Below, piece after piece: positions 50,401 to 63,039 of a stretch of DNA of 64,000 nt (the first letter of the stretch is position 1; each line of letters opens with the position of its first letter). The stretch comes from Glaucostegus cemiculus (taxonomy: Eukaryota). Made by a program: the position numbers and the translations under genes. The notes below the pieces were generated by a model that searched no databases, had not been told where the DNA came from, and saw nothing but the letters and a program-made list of their open reading frames with translations. The stretch is taken from the NCBI GenBank assembly GCA_976551045.1, contig CDPCPM010000060.1, positions 22,382,001 to 22,446,000 on the forward strand, in the 5' to 3' direction.

Positions 50401-52914
50401 GCACTTGCTCTGTAACTCTAACACTTCGTTCTGCATTCTGTTATTGTTTTCCTTTGTGCTACCTTAGGGCCCTGATGTAATGAAATGATCTGTATGAATG
50501 GCATGCAAGACAAAGTTTTTCACTGTACTTCGATGCATGTGGCAATAATAAACTAATTTACCAATAAGGTTATATGTGTTGTTGAACTGCAAAATCAGTC
50601 AACATCACTGGTTACAGGAAACCTTATGAGCAGATCATAACCTAAAAATCTCTCACATCTTTCACATTAGAACTTTGAGATAGATTAACACACAGTCAGT
50701 TGAACATTTTATTAGTTATTTTAATGGTGTAATACCTACTGCACCAGTGGTGTTGAATTCAACAGTTCATCAAAATCAAGAGATAAAAAATAGTTGCAGA
50801 TATTAATTTGCCAAACAATAAAGCAACAAAAAAATTTAAACACTTCAGATGCTAGAAATGTGAAGTATAAGCAGAAAATGCTGGAAGCTCTCAGTAGACC
50901 AGGCAGACTCTGTAGAAAGACAGAAGCAGTTAATGCGTCAGTTAATGCGTCATCTGAGCAATGGAAATAGTCTTGAGAGGCATTGGCTTCTGCAGAGTTC
51001 TGTAGGCCAGTAGTTCAGTGCTGTGTGTGCATAACTTCTCCCATATTACCTCTCTTGTCCCCCATTAATCATTATTTTTCGACACCCATGCAGTGTACAG
51101 AAATTCCATATCAAAAGTAATGATTAAATTGCAAAGGTAACTTCTGGTTTTAAGTAACCCTTCATCAGTCCCACTTTCCATTCACTTGGAACACTAATGC
51201 TCAATCTTACACATGTTCTTCACTAAATTCAAATATGACATCTGTTGGAAAACCTCAGTATAACAACAAATCCAGAAAGTCTTCACAGGGAACTCTGCAT
51301 GATGTCATCATGTTTCTCTCTGTTAACTACTTCCTGCTGCTGGCTGGTGTTTCATCATCTAAGTGCAGAAACCTTGCTACAAAAATGGCAATGGGAGTCA
51401 TGACATATTAATTTTTGATAATTATTCTGCTTTTTTGTCAAATTCCAATTGCTTTTTTCTCAACCATTCATAGATAGCAATTAAACCAGATAAATGTTTC
51501 TCATACCTGTAACTGTGCATTGAGTTTTGGGTGACAGATTGATGATGGGGCCAATGCAGTTAAAGGTAAATAAAGAATCATAAAAAAAATCTGCAGCACA
51601 GTAAGATGCCATTTAGCTCATTGTCTCCATGCTGGACACAAAAGGAACTAGTAAAGTTAATGCTACTTCCCAGACCTCTATCCATAGCACTGAAAATGTT
51701 ACAGCTTTTCAAGAGGCACCCAGGAACTTTAAGTATTTTGTCTCTTACACCCTTTCAGTGACTTCCCGATCCCCACTATTCTTTATAGTTGAAAAAGAGC
51801 TCCCTCAGCTCCCCTCTAATCCTTCTACTTTTAACCTAAATAATGTTCTGTGGTGACACAAGGGACTGCAGATGCTGGAGGAGTTGAGACCTTTCATCTG
51901 GACTATAGGTAACCCAGGTTCTTGACTTTCTGGACATTCTCTCTTCTCCCCTCTCCCAGTGGGCAGAAGATACAAAAGCCTAGAATAAGATAGACTCTTG
52001 ACCTTACGATCAACCTCATTTTGACCTTGCACCTTATTGTCTACCTGCACTGCATTTTCTCTGTATCTGTGACACTTTATTCTGCATTCTGTATTGCTTT
52101 ACTTTGTACTACCTCAATGAATTGATCTGAATGAATGGTATGCAAGACAAGTTTTTCCACTGTACCTCAGTTCAAGTGACAATAATTAACCGATTCCAAT
52201 TCCAATTTCTCTGTGAACAGAAATCGGTCTTTCATTTTCACCCTGTCCAGGCCTCCAGTCATTTAATAGACCTCAGTTAAAGTCTCCTTCGTGCCAAATA
52301 AAAGAAGCCCAACCTGGCCAATCTCTCCAAGTAACTATAATTATCCAACCTTGGGAACAATATCCCTGTAGATTTGCCTTCAGCTGCTATTAGCCATCTA
52401 GATTCTCCAGCGGAGACAATGACCAATAATGTGAATTCTAACACACTTTCTCTGTTCCCATCTTAAGGTGCCCAAATCAGCTCTGTACCTGATTGTTGAA
52501 AACCACAGCAAAGGAGAATTAAATCAAAGCTTATACCCCAGGACTATATCTTATCTTAAAATCCCCAATTGATACTTGTCTTTTGTCCCTATTCTAGGTC
52601 CCTGATGTTTTTTTAGAGTTTCCCTTCAAACTGATTATATTTACAACATTTCTGTTATAACATTACATAAGCCAAAAACAATCCTGTGATGTTGGAAATC
52701 TGAAATAATAACAGAAAATGTTAGTAATAATTAATATGCTGTGAAAAAGGCAGCATCTGCAGAGGAAAGAACAATTAGCTTTTAGGTCAATGATCTATCA
52801 TCAGATCTTGGTCAAGGTTAGGGAGGTTATAAGCAGAGTGGGTGGGGAAGGGAAAGAGTACCTGAGAATATTTGTGATAGGGTAGAAGATTGGAGAGGTT
52901 AATGACATTCTCAA

Positions 52915-53255
52915 CATCTTCATGGAGGACATCTTCAAGGGTCTGTGCCTCAAGAAGGTGGAGTCAATCATTAAGGACCCTCACTGTCTGGGACATGCCC
53001 TCTTAGTGTTACTACCATCAGGAAGGAGGTACAGGAGCCTGAAGACCCACACTCAACAATTTAGGAACAGCTTCTTTGCCTCCGCCATTAGATTTCTGAA
53101 TGGTCCATGAACCCATGAACACTACCTTGTTATACCTTTTTTTTGCACTATTTAGTTTTGTAACCTATGGTAATTTTCATGTCTTGTACTGTACTGCTGC
53201 TGCAAAGCAACAGATTTCACAACATATGTCAGTGATAATAAGCCTGATTCTGAGT
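52915..53255 (+). mobile_element. Rex1/Babar-like LINE 3' fragment
   Basis: ORF 52922-53110 reads IIKDPHCLGHALLVLLPSGRRYRSLKTHTQQFRNSFFASAIRFLN. Confidence 0.85.
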
Positions 53256-53560
53256 CCAGGACTAGAGGGCACAATCTTAGAATTAGAGAGTACTACTTTA
53301 AAACAGAAATGAGGAGAAATTTCTTTAGCCAGAGGGTAGTGAAATTATGGAATTCTTTGCCATGTAGAGCTATGGAGGCCTGATCATTGAGGTGTTTAAG
53401 GAGGAGATTGATAGGTATCTAATTAGTCAAGGTATCAAGAGATATGGGGATAAGGCCGGAAATTGGGGCTAGATAGGAATAGTATTAGTTTAGCTCATGG
53501 AGCAGACTCGATGGGCCGAATGGCTTACTTCTGCTCCTTTGTCTTGTGATCTTGTGATTC
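53255..53560 (+). mobile_element. CR1 3' fragment
   Basis: ggactagagggcacaatcttagaatt...gatgggccgaatggcttacttctgctcc with a tcttgtgatcttgtga tail. Confidence 0.85.
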
Positions 53561-53759
53561 TGAATAATTTTATTTCACTGTATCTTGGTACATGTGAGAA
53601 TAATCAACCATTTACCAATAAAACCAACATGCATAAATCACCTTAAGTCTGAAAGGCACTGCACAGTGCTACCAAAGCAAAGACTAATCTTTGTTAGCTC
53701 TCTGCTAAGCTCTCATCATATTTGTAAAATGAACATTTGGGCAGGTGCCCTAAAGTTTA

Positions 53760-54355
53760 GAACATAGAACATAGAAAAACTACAGCACAATTCAGGCCCT
53801 TCGGCCCACAAAGCTGTGCCGAACATGTCCCTACACTAGAATTTACTGGGCATTCCCATAGCCCTCTATTTTACTTATCTCCATGTACCTATCTAACAGT
53901 CTCTTTGAAAGACCCTATCGTATCCGCCTCCACCACTGCTTCCGGCAGCCCACTCCACGCACTCACCACTCTCTGAGTAAAAAACTTACCCCTGACATCT
54001 CCTCTATATCTACTCCCCAGCACCTTAAACCTATGTCCTCTTGTGGCCACCATTTCAGCCCTGGGGAAAAGCCTCTTGACTATCTACCCAATCAATACCT
54101 CTCATCATCTTATACACCTCTATCAGGTCTCCCATCATCCTCCTTCTCTCCAAGGAGAAAAGGCTGAGTTCCCGCAATCTACTCTCATAAGGCATTCTCC
54201 GCATTCCAGGCAGCATCCTCATAAACCTCCTCTGCACCCTCTCTATGGCTTCCACATCTTTCCTGTAGTGAGGCGACCAGAACTGAGCACAATACTCCAA
54301 GTGGGGTCTGACCAGGGATCTATATAACTGAAGCAATACCTCCCGGCTCCTAAAT
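53760..54355 (-). mobile_element. CR1 3' fragment
   Basis: ORF 54055-54336 reads LYRSLVRPHLEYCAQFWSPHYRKDVEAIERVQRRF; the (TTCTATG)n tail appears as agaacatagaacataga on +. Confidence 0.92.
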
Positions 54356-54374
54356 TGAATAATGGAAGAAAGGT

Positions 54375-54685
54375 GATGATGCTGCCTCCCAGCTCCAGCA
54401 ACCCAGGTTAATCTTCATTATTGCTTTTGTCTCTATGGAGTTTGCACATTTCTCTATCACTGTTTAGGTTTCCTCTGGATTCTCTGGTTTCATCCCATAT
54501 CTCAGAGATGTGCTGGTAGGTTAATTAGCTACTGTTGAAGTGCCCCAGCATAGGTGGGTGATAGGAGAATGGGGCAGTGTTTGTGATCATGTGAGAGAGA
54601 ATGGGGGAAAGAGATTGATGGACTTGCTCTGAGAGCTGGTATAGTCACAATGGGCCAAACAGACCTCCTTCTATGCTTCAAGGAA
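54375..54685 (+). mobile_element. Older diverged V-SINE-like copy; related copies at about 58440-58750(+), 39200-39450(-), 33195-33480(-)
   Basis: ggagtttgcacatttctc...ggtttcctctggattctctggtttcatcccat core and a CR1-like gggccaaacagacctcctt end. Confidence 0.65.
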
Positions 54686-55649
54686 ATATGAGAGAGGTTT
54701 TAAAGAGAATCAAAGGGTGAAGGAGTGACAAAGAGGCAAAAAGGTCTGAGGGAGGGAATGCCAGAATTCCGGTGCATTTCTGCCAATGATGGAGCAATTC
54801 AAGGACAAACAAAAGATTAGAAATGCAAGTGTTTCAAAGTCTTGTACTGTTGGGAGAGATTACAGAGGTAAAAGGCCTTGGAGAGATTCCATAACAGGTG
54901 ACCATCCTGATATTTTTAAAGAAAATCACCAAGAAATGCAATAGAAAAATTTGGAAGAAAATTCTTTACCCAAAGAGCAGTAAGAACTTGAGACTTGCTA
55001 ACACAGGAACTTGTTGAAGTAAATAGTCTAGATATACTTAAGGAAGGTTGGATAAACAGGTAAAGGAGAAGGGAATAGGAAGTTACATTGATAAATTACG
55101 ACGAGGAAAGATAAGCACAAATAACAACATGAACTTGAGCTGAATGGCTTACATCTGTGCTATTTATCCTATTTCTGGCATTGTATACACAAGGGCCAAT
55201 ATAGATCAGCATTAAATGTTGGTTCAGGTGTAAGAGCTGGATTAAAATACAAAAAGAAACAAAAGTCGGGTCAATGGGAGGTGCAAATTGCAATCACAAA
55301 ATTATTGTTAAAAACTGTTGACTAAAACAAAAGTATGTAGAGGATATGCTCCAAAATTGTTGGATGAACTGAGTCCTGAAAGATATACAGTACCTAATCA
55401 AAAGATGAGGTACTATTCTTTGAAGTCTATTGGAAAGCACAAGAGGCCAAGAATGAAGTTGAAATGATATGAAATGAGCAATGACTTAGGGTCATATTAG
55501 TGGACTAAACAGAAGTACTCTGTAATCGTCCAGTCTGCTTTTGCTTCTCCAATGCAGAGAAGATTGTATTGTGAACAGTTAATGCAGAATACTATACAAG
55601 TACAAGTAAAATATACACCTTTTCTTTCAAATATACACCTTCTGTGCAT

Positions 55650-56350
55650 ACCATAAGACATAGGAGCAGAATTAGGCCATTCAGCCTATCGAGTCTGCTC
55701 CGCCATTCGATCATGGCTGATTTATTTTTCCTTCTCAATCCCATCTTCCTGCCTTCTCCCCATAACCTTTGACACCCTTACTAATCAAGAACCTATCAAC
55801 CTCCGCTTTAACTATACCCAGTGAATTCCACAGATTCACCACGCTCTGGCTAAAGAAATTCCTCCTCATCTCTGTACTAAAGCGATGTCCTTCTATTCTG
55901 AGGTTGTGCCCTCTGGTGCCACTACTGGAAACACCCTCTCCATGTCCACTCTTTCTAGGCCTTTCAATTTTCCATAAGTTTCAATGAGGTCCCCCCCTCA
56001 TCCTTCTAAACTCCAGTGAGTACAGGCCCAGAGCCATCAAACACGTTAAGCCTTTCATCCCTGGGATCATTCTTGTAAACCTCCTCTGGACCCTCCCCAA
56101 CACCAGAACATCGCTCTTTAAATACAGGGCCCAAAACTGCTCACAATACTCCAAATGTGGTCAGGCAATGCCTTATAAAGCCTCAGCATTACATCGTTGC
56201 TTTTATATTTTAGTTCTCTCGAAATGAATGCTAACATTACATTTGCCTTCCTTACAACGGACTCCATCTGCAAGTTAACCTTTAGGGAATCCTTCACTGG
56301 GACTCCCTTTGCACCTCTGATTTCTGAATTCTCTCGCCACTTAGAAAATA
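55650..56350 (-). mobile_element. CR1 3' fragment, internally deleted
   Basis: ccataagacataggagcagaattaggccattcagcc end on +; the minus strand gives CR1 C-terminal coding (PHLEYCEQFWA). Confidence 0.85.
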
Positions 56351-58865
56351 GTTATTTTGTTAAGTGCCATTGGAAGGGGAAGTTTATTGGATATGGGTGA
56401 AGGACAGAACAGGGAGGAGATGCTCTATTTGAAATGCTGAATGTGGAGGAGAGGGGAAGATATTCTTGACAATGGTATCACGCTGAGAAATGGGGGACGA
56501 TGTTCCATTAAATGTGGATGCTGGTGGGTTGCGGACAAGGGGAGACCTGTCACCATCTTGGAAGGGAGTGGTCCACATTTCTGAAATTCCTCGAGAAATT
56601 TAAAGCAGAATCATTAATGAATTGTGTGTGTGAGTGAGTAATGGCACTGACTGATTATCTTGAAAACTTCCATCAGGAAATTTCATATTGTAAAATCTAT
56701 ATGTCTTGGGCCTGGGGGTTCCTGTGGTCATTGTACATGAGCGAATTTCTTAGGAAAAATTGATAAGCTTCCAAAGAGATAATTATTGGACTTAATCATC
56801 AGGGGAGAGACGGTGTGGTTGGAACATGGAATGCGCTATGACATGAAGTGGCTATTGAATAGCTTTCAATGGAATGCAAGATAGTGCGTGAGGGAAAAAT
56901 GAAGGTTGAAATAGGGTGAGTGAAGATTGTGTGTGGAACACAAATGTAGACAGACTGGCTGGGAAAAGATGCCCACATTTATGTTGTAAATTCTATTTAC
57001 ATTTGTGTAGACTACACAAATCACCCGACTAATGCTGCTGGTTTCATCACTCTGATTGTAAACCTGATAGGCAAACACTTGTTTATTCATCATTAATTAT
57101 TTAAATACAGTGCAATTGTTCATCCAAATGAATTTAGTTCACCATCAGTTGAAATAATGGATTAAACAACCTAGTTTTTGGCTAGTGTGAGTGCATTTTG
57201 TGGTCTCTTTACTGCTTTCTCCAGTAAAGAAGACAAAATTATGTCCAAAATGAGTCTCTGTGCAGAGAGAATAACTAGGTGCAGATGGCAGAAACATCTT
57301 AGTGGTTATTATCCCTCGGTGACCTCTCTTTATGAAGATCCTGAATCATTTTTATTGGTGTTTGGAGGGTGGCCAGCATTGGAAGAACAAGAAAATCTAT
57401 ATCTAGCTTTCATAATCTAGCATTGTGCTTGGTTGAACTGACTCTAATCCTTGTGATGGTCCCCGTCAGACACTCAAAATAACCTTGACCCTGCTAAAAT
57501 TGTTGGTATTGTTGGAGATGAAATTGGGTTGGAGGGAATGACGAGAGCATTTCAAGCTCCAAAATGTGCATGCATATTTGTGGGGGTGGCTTCCTCAGAT
57601 GCCATATGGCTGAGGACAAGTTGTCATGATTCTGAGTACTGGCCCTTGATTTGGTTCCTTAGATGCCTCGTTGTACAGCACATGGATTCCATGCTGGGCT
57701 GATTTCATAATGACACACACCTGAGCCCCATCAGGGACCTAGCATAAGTACCTGGGTTTCTCTAACACTAGTTGCCAGAGGATTGGTCAACCTTCAGGTA
57801 TACTTTGGCTTCTTACTGCTTAGAGTGGTCTACTCCAGAGCAGTCCTGTGTTCTCTATTCCTGCTTGAAGATTCAGTTTGTGTTGGGATTACTACTCAGA
57901 TCTCCGAGGCAAGATTTCCTTCCAGTTGCTGCCTGTGTTTGGTCCAGAGGAAGTATCCTGACTCCAGTCTTGCACCAATGTGCTGCATTTGGGTTCTCTG
58001 TGATCTTGCTCTTCAATCAACATTGTGACACAGGTAGCTTGTCCGTGCTTAATGAAGGTCAGATAGCTCATGAAATCAACTACATCCAACACTGGTTTTA
58101 TGACACTATTGCCTTATAGGACCTCAGCTTTCCAGCTAAGGTTTATCTCAATATCTTGCAGATTGAAAACATTGCCTGTCTGCATTTCACACATTTGGCA
58201 TTCATTCACTGAGCACGAGCAAGCTACCTGCTCTCATTGAGAAAGCATCCATTGCAACTCATCTACAAATATGCACAAAGAGGAACAGGAGATGGGGCAA
58301 AAATTTTTTTACTGGAATCCCATCAGAACAGAAAGATTAAGGGTATTAGGAAATAAAAGCTGACTGTGGCTGCTTTCTCTATAAAATAGAAGCCTTGACA
58401 GAGGTCTTTGAAATTATGCAAGAGTTTGACAGTTAGTGCTGCCACCTTTTATCCTGACCTTTGGAGCTGTCTGTATGGAGTTTGCACATTCTCTCTGGGA
58501 TGGCATGGGGTTCCTCTGGATGCTCCAATTTCCTCTCATGTTCCAAAGACATGCTGGTAAGTTAACTGGCTACTGTAACTGCCTCTTAGGTGTAAGTTAA
58601 TGGCATAAAGAATCAAAAGGATTTAACAGATGTGTGCAAGAAAGAATAAGCTACAGTGGTGGAGGGAAATAGAGAGGGGGAAATAGGGCTGATATATTTG
58701 TTCCCCAGGAGCTGGCATGGATACAGTGGGCTGAATGGCCTCCTGTATCATTAAAGTATAAAGATGATCTGCAGAAAACTTTATGTAGGTTAGATCATTT
58801 GGAACTGGGCCATCATTAATTTCATAACCTGCATTTCATCACTTCAGAAATAATATACTTAGTTG

Positions 58866-59112
58866 ATAAGATATCTTTATTAGTCACATGTACATCAAAA
58901 CACACAGTGAAATGGATCTTTTGTGTAGAATGTTCTGGGGGCAGTCTGCAAGTGTCACCATGCTCCTGGCGCCAACATAGCATGTCCACAACTTCCAAAC
59001 CTGTACGCCTTTGCAATGTGGGAAGAAACCGGAGCACCCGGAGGAATCCAGGCTGACATGGGGAAAACCTACAAACTCCTTACAGACAGTGGTGGGAATT
59101 GAACCCGGATTA
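58866..59112 (-). mobile_element. SINE type A, 5' truncated
   Basis: Reverse complement of type A up to the B box. Confidence 0.85.
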
Positions 59113-59569
59113 CTTGGCAGAGGGCTTCATTGTAATTAAATGTACCAATTTCTGCTTCTTCCTGATTGTTTCTTATGCATGTTTTTACCTGCGGGAAGTT
59201 GTGAATAGTCCATAGTAACTTTTAGGAATAGATAGGTAAACTTTTGAGTTTGATGCCCTGAGATTATCACATTGGTTGGTTTTTAAATAATGAAAAATCT
59301 TGTGGGGTGCCTGAAGAAGTGGTGGAGGTGGATACTCTCAGAGCATCTTGAAGTACCTGGTTCACCAAGGCATAGAAGCCTAGCAATCTAATGTTGTTAA
59401 ATGATATTAATATAGAAAGGTACAAGTGGCATGACCATGGTGGGCCAAAGGGCTTGTTTCAGTGCTCTACGACCAGGGATATGGGAATGTCTCCTTTACA
59501 GTTCACCCTTACAAAGTATTGGTCACCTTAGAAATTTTGACTGCGTCATATATCAAATCCATAGCAAAA

Positions 59570-59858
59570 GTGTAGTGATTAGTGTAACGTTATTATAGCG
59601 CCAGTGACCCAGGTTCAATTCTGGCCACTGTCTGTAAGGAGTTTATGTTCTCCCCGTGTCTGCGTAGGTTTCCTCCGGGTGCTCCAGTTTCCTACCACAT
59701 TCCAAAGGCATATGGGTCAGGAAGTTGTGGGCATGTTATGTTGGCGCTGGAAGCGTGGCGACACTTGCAGGCTGCCCCCAGAACATAACGCATAAAGGTG
59801 CATTTCACTATGTGTTTTGATGTAGATGTGACTAATAAAGAATCAAATCTTATTTTAC
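59570..59858 (+). mobile_element. SINE type A
   Basis: Head, core and gtgactaataaagaatc tail. Confidence 0.87.
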
Positions 59859-60499
59859 CTTATCCCCTTCTGATTACGAGCTTTAAATAAAATTGCTTGT
59901 TTTTATTATTGCACCTTCCTGTCTAACTTTACAATGCCTCTTCTATTCACCACTCCTCCATCCAGAATCTAAGTAATTTGTTCTTGAAGAAAGCCACAAT
60001 TTGCTCATAATTAATTTATGCCAATTACCTACATGTGACAAAGTGGATAGGTAATTTATTAGTGAAGAGCCTTTAAGCAACAGTAAACTACTAGTAATTA
60101 GAGAAAAATGTAATCAGTGAAATATTTTAAAGTACCCTTAATTCCTATACTGATTACTCAGGGGCGGGTCTGAAAGTAAAATTCCCAACACATGCACACA
60201 AACATAAAAATATGCAGTAAGATCATTACTCTCTCAGTTACAATTTGGTGTTTGAAATCCTGTGATCTATTTGTCTCTCTGTGGGGCCAGGGATTGAACT
60301 CTGCTATATTCCTGTACTTTGCATCATCTTCCATTCCCAGCAATGTAATCTAACCAAGGAAGCTCAACCATATAATGGAAACCTAATAACAATGTTCCTC
60401 TGCACTTTAGGTCTCAGACTGCAATAGTGTCACCTGTTGCACCCCATTATGGTGAACTACAAATCCCAGAAAACTGCATTTGGCTCAAACAATCATGCA

Positions 60500-61455
60500 T
60501 AGAGTCGCAGAGGTTCACTGCATTAAAACAGGCCCTTTGGCCCAACTTGTCCATGCTGACCAGGATGTCTATCCGAGCTGGTCCCATTTACCTGTGTTTG
60601 TCTCATATTAGTCTAATCCCCTTCTATTAATGTATCTGTCCAAATGTCTTTTAAACACTGTAATTGTACCCTCCTCCACAGCTTCCTTTGGCAACTCGTT
60701 CCAAGTACCCACCACCCTCTGTATGAAAACATTTCCCCTTAGGTTCCCTTTAAACTTTTCCCCTTTCATCTTGTATCCTCCTGTTTCAGACTCCCCTTCC
60801 CTTGGATAAAGACTGTGACCACCCACTTTACCTATGCCCCTCATAATTTCATACACTTCTATAAGGTCACCCCTTCAGCCTCCTACGCTCCAGGGAAAAA
60901 AGTCCCAGCCTATCCAGCCTCTCCTTGTATATCAAGCCCTCCATTCCTGGTGGTATCCTCGTTAAACTTCTTTGCACCTTTCCCAGTTAGATGACATCCT
61001 TCCTATATCTGGGTGACCAGAACTGTGCACAATGCTCCAAGCATGGACTCACCAATGACCTGTATAGTTTTAAAAAATTTTTTAATTAATTTTAATTTAT
61101 TTACAGCGTGGTAACAGGCCCTTTCGGCCCAACGAGTCCATGCCGCCCATTTTGAACCCCCAAATTAACCTACCCATACGTCTTTTAGAATGTGGGAGGA
61201 AACCAGAGCACCCGGAGGAAACCCACGTAGACATGGGAGAACGTACAAACTCCTTACAGTCAGCAATGGGAATCGAACCCTGATCGCTGGCGCTGTAACG
61301 GCGTTGTGCTAACCGCTATGCTATTGTGCCACCATGGTGCATGTTGCAGCATGACGTCCCAACTCTTGTACTTAATATCTTGACTGTCAAATGCCTTCTT
61401 CACTACCCTGTCTACCAGGGTCTCCACTTTCAGGGAACTATGTACCTGTACACTA
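60500..61455 (-). mobile_element. CR1 3' fragment interrupted by a SINE at about 61067-61331
   Basis: YEIMRGIGKV...FIQRVVGTWNELP; CR1 coding resumes at 61335-61450 (VQVHSSLKVETLVDRVVKKAF). Confidence 0.85.
61067..61331 (-). mobile_element. SINE type B inserted in a CR1 fragment
   Basis: Reverse complement of the 26727 copy, with an A/T-rich tail. Confidence 0.88.
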
Positions 61456-61579
61456 AGATCTCCCTTATATGCACAGTAAACCAAACATGTCAGTAGTCAC
61501 AAAGGAAGTCCACAAGCATTTACTTCTTTTGTTGCATGAGTTTGGTGTGGAGAAATAAAATCCCAGTATTTTGCAGGGT

Positions 61580-61790
61580 CAATGGCACTATCCATTGGCC
61601 GCCTGGAGCTCACAGTTGCCAGCCATTTAAATTCTCCTCCCCATTCTCACACCGACATGTCTGTCTTCAGCCTCCTCTACTTCCAGGCTGAGTCTATATG
61701 CAAACTAGAGGAAAAGCACCTTGCGTTCTGCCTGGGTCGTCTACAACCTGATGGCATGACCATTGAATTCTCCAGCTTCTGATAAACTGC
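61580..61790 (+). mobile_element. Penelope-like element C-terminal (GIY-YIG end) remnant; its pyrimidine-rich 3' region runs to about 62920 around insertions
   Basis: VASHLNSPPHSHTDMSVFSLLYFQAESICKLEEKHLAFCLGRLQPDGMTIEFSSF*. Related remnants at 36590-36750(+) (PIAAHFNSPPYSHS), 31110-31170(-), 55440-55600(-), 56390-56575(-). Confidence 0.75.
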
Positions 61791-62324
61791 TCCGCTGCTC
61801 TCCTTTTTCTCTCTCCTCCTGATCTACCCAGTTCTTCCTACACTCACCCCAGCCCACATCACCCTGTATCTTTCCCCTCCTCCACCCACTCCATCTGCCC
61901 CTCACCCATACACTCCTCCCCACTGATTCTTCTCCCCCACTGTTCCCATCTGTCCTCCCCAACTCCCTCCCTTGATTCTATGCTCCACCTTCCTCTCCTA
62001 TCAGATTCCATCATCTTCAGCCCTTTGTCCCTTTCATTTATCCCCTCTCAGCTTAGAACATAGAACATACGATGAGATGGCCTCTGACCTCACAATCTGC
62101 CTTGTTGTGACCTTGCACCTTATTGTCTACCTGCAATGCACTTCCCTGTAGCTGTGACACTTTACTCTGTACTGTTATTGTTTTTACCTGTACTACCTCA
62201 ATGCACTCTGTACTGACTCAATGTAACTGTACTGTGTAATGAATTGACCTGTACAATCAGTATGCAAGACAAGTTTTTTTACTGTACCTCGGTACAATTG
62301 ACAATCTTAAACCAATAGCAATAC

Positions 62325-62650
62325 ATAGAACAGTACAGCACAGTACAGGCCCTTTGGCCCATGAAGTTGTGCCGACATTTTATCCTGCTCTAAGATTTAT
62401 TTCACCCTTCCCTCCTACATAGCCCTCCATCTTACTGACACTCATGTGTCTATCCAAGAGTCTCTTAAATGTCCCTAATGTATCTGTCCCCACATCTTTG
62501 CTGGCAGTGCGTTTCACGCACCCACCACTCTCTGTGTAAAACTAAAACAACTTCTCTCTGACATTCCCCCTATCCATTCCTCCAATAGCCTTAAAATTAT
62601 GCCCCCTGGTGTGAGCCATTTTGGCCCTGGGAAAATGTCTCTGATTGTCC
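62325..62650 (-). mobile_element. CR1 3' fragment; smaller CR1 ends also at about 24360-24460(-), 25320-25730(-), 27735-27880(-), 38040-38165(-), 40290-40430(+), 47750-47920(+), 59300-59470(+)
   Basis: catagaacagtacagcacagtacaggccctttggccc is the reverse complement of the CR1 terminus. Confidence 0.8.
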
Positions 62651-63039
62651 AACGGGAAAAAAAACTTCTGGCACTATTTCCGCTCTCACCTCCTCCATCT
62701 GCCTATCATCCTTCTTTACCTGGATCCACCTATCACCTGTGAGCTCTTGATCCACCCCTTCCCTCCACTGGCCATCTCCCCTCTACCTTTCAGATAAATG
62801 GTCTCAATCCAAAATGTCCACTGTCCATGTCTCTCTGCAGATGCTGCCTGATCTGTTGAGTTCCTCTAGCAGATTGTATGTTGCTCCAGATCCCAGCATC
62901 TGCACTCTCTTGCGTCTTCATTGCTATCTATTGTTTCGAGGTCAGGACTGTGAACTCCAGTCCATGCTTCTGCAGTCTCAGTGTAAAATAATGTAAAAGG
63001 TGTCCACTGTGAGGGTCAGGAAAGGAATCTGCCCTTGAG

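Noticed and set aside
50928-50952. Short tandem duplications (cagttaatgcgt x2; also 18544-18574, 30597-30621, 37125-37170, 55609-55642)
   Set aside because: These are ordinary slippage duplications with no sign of function.
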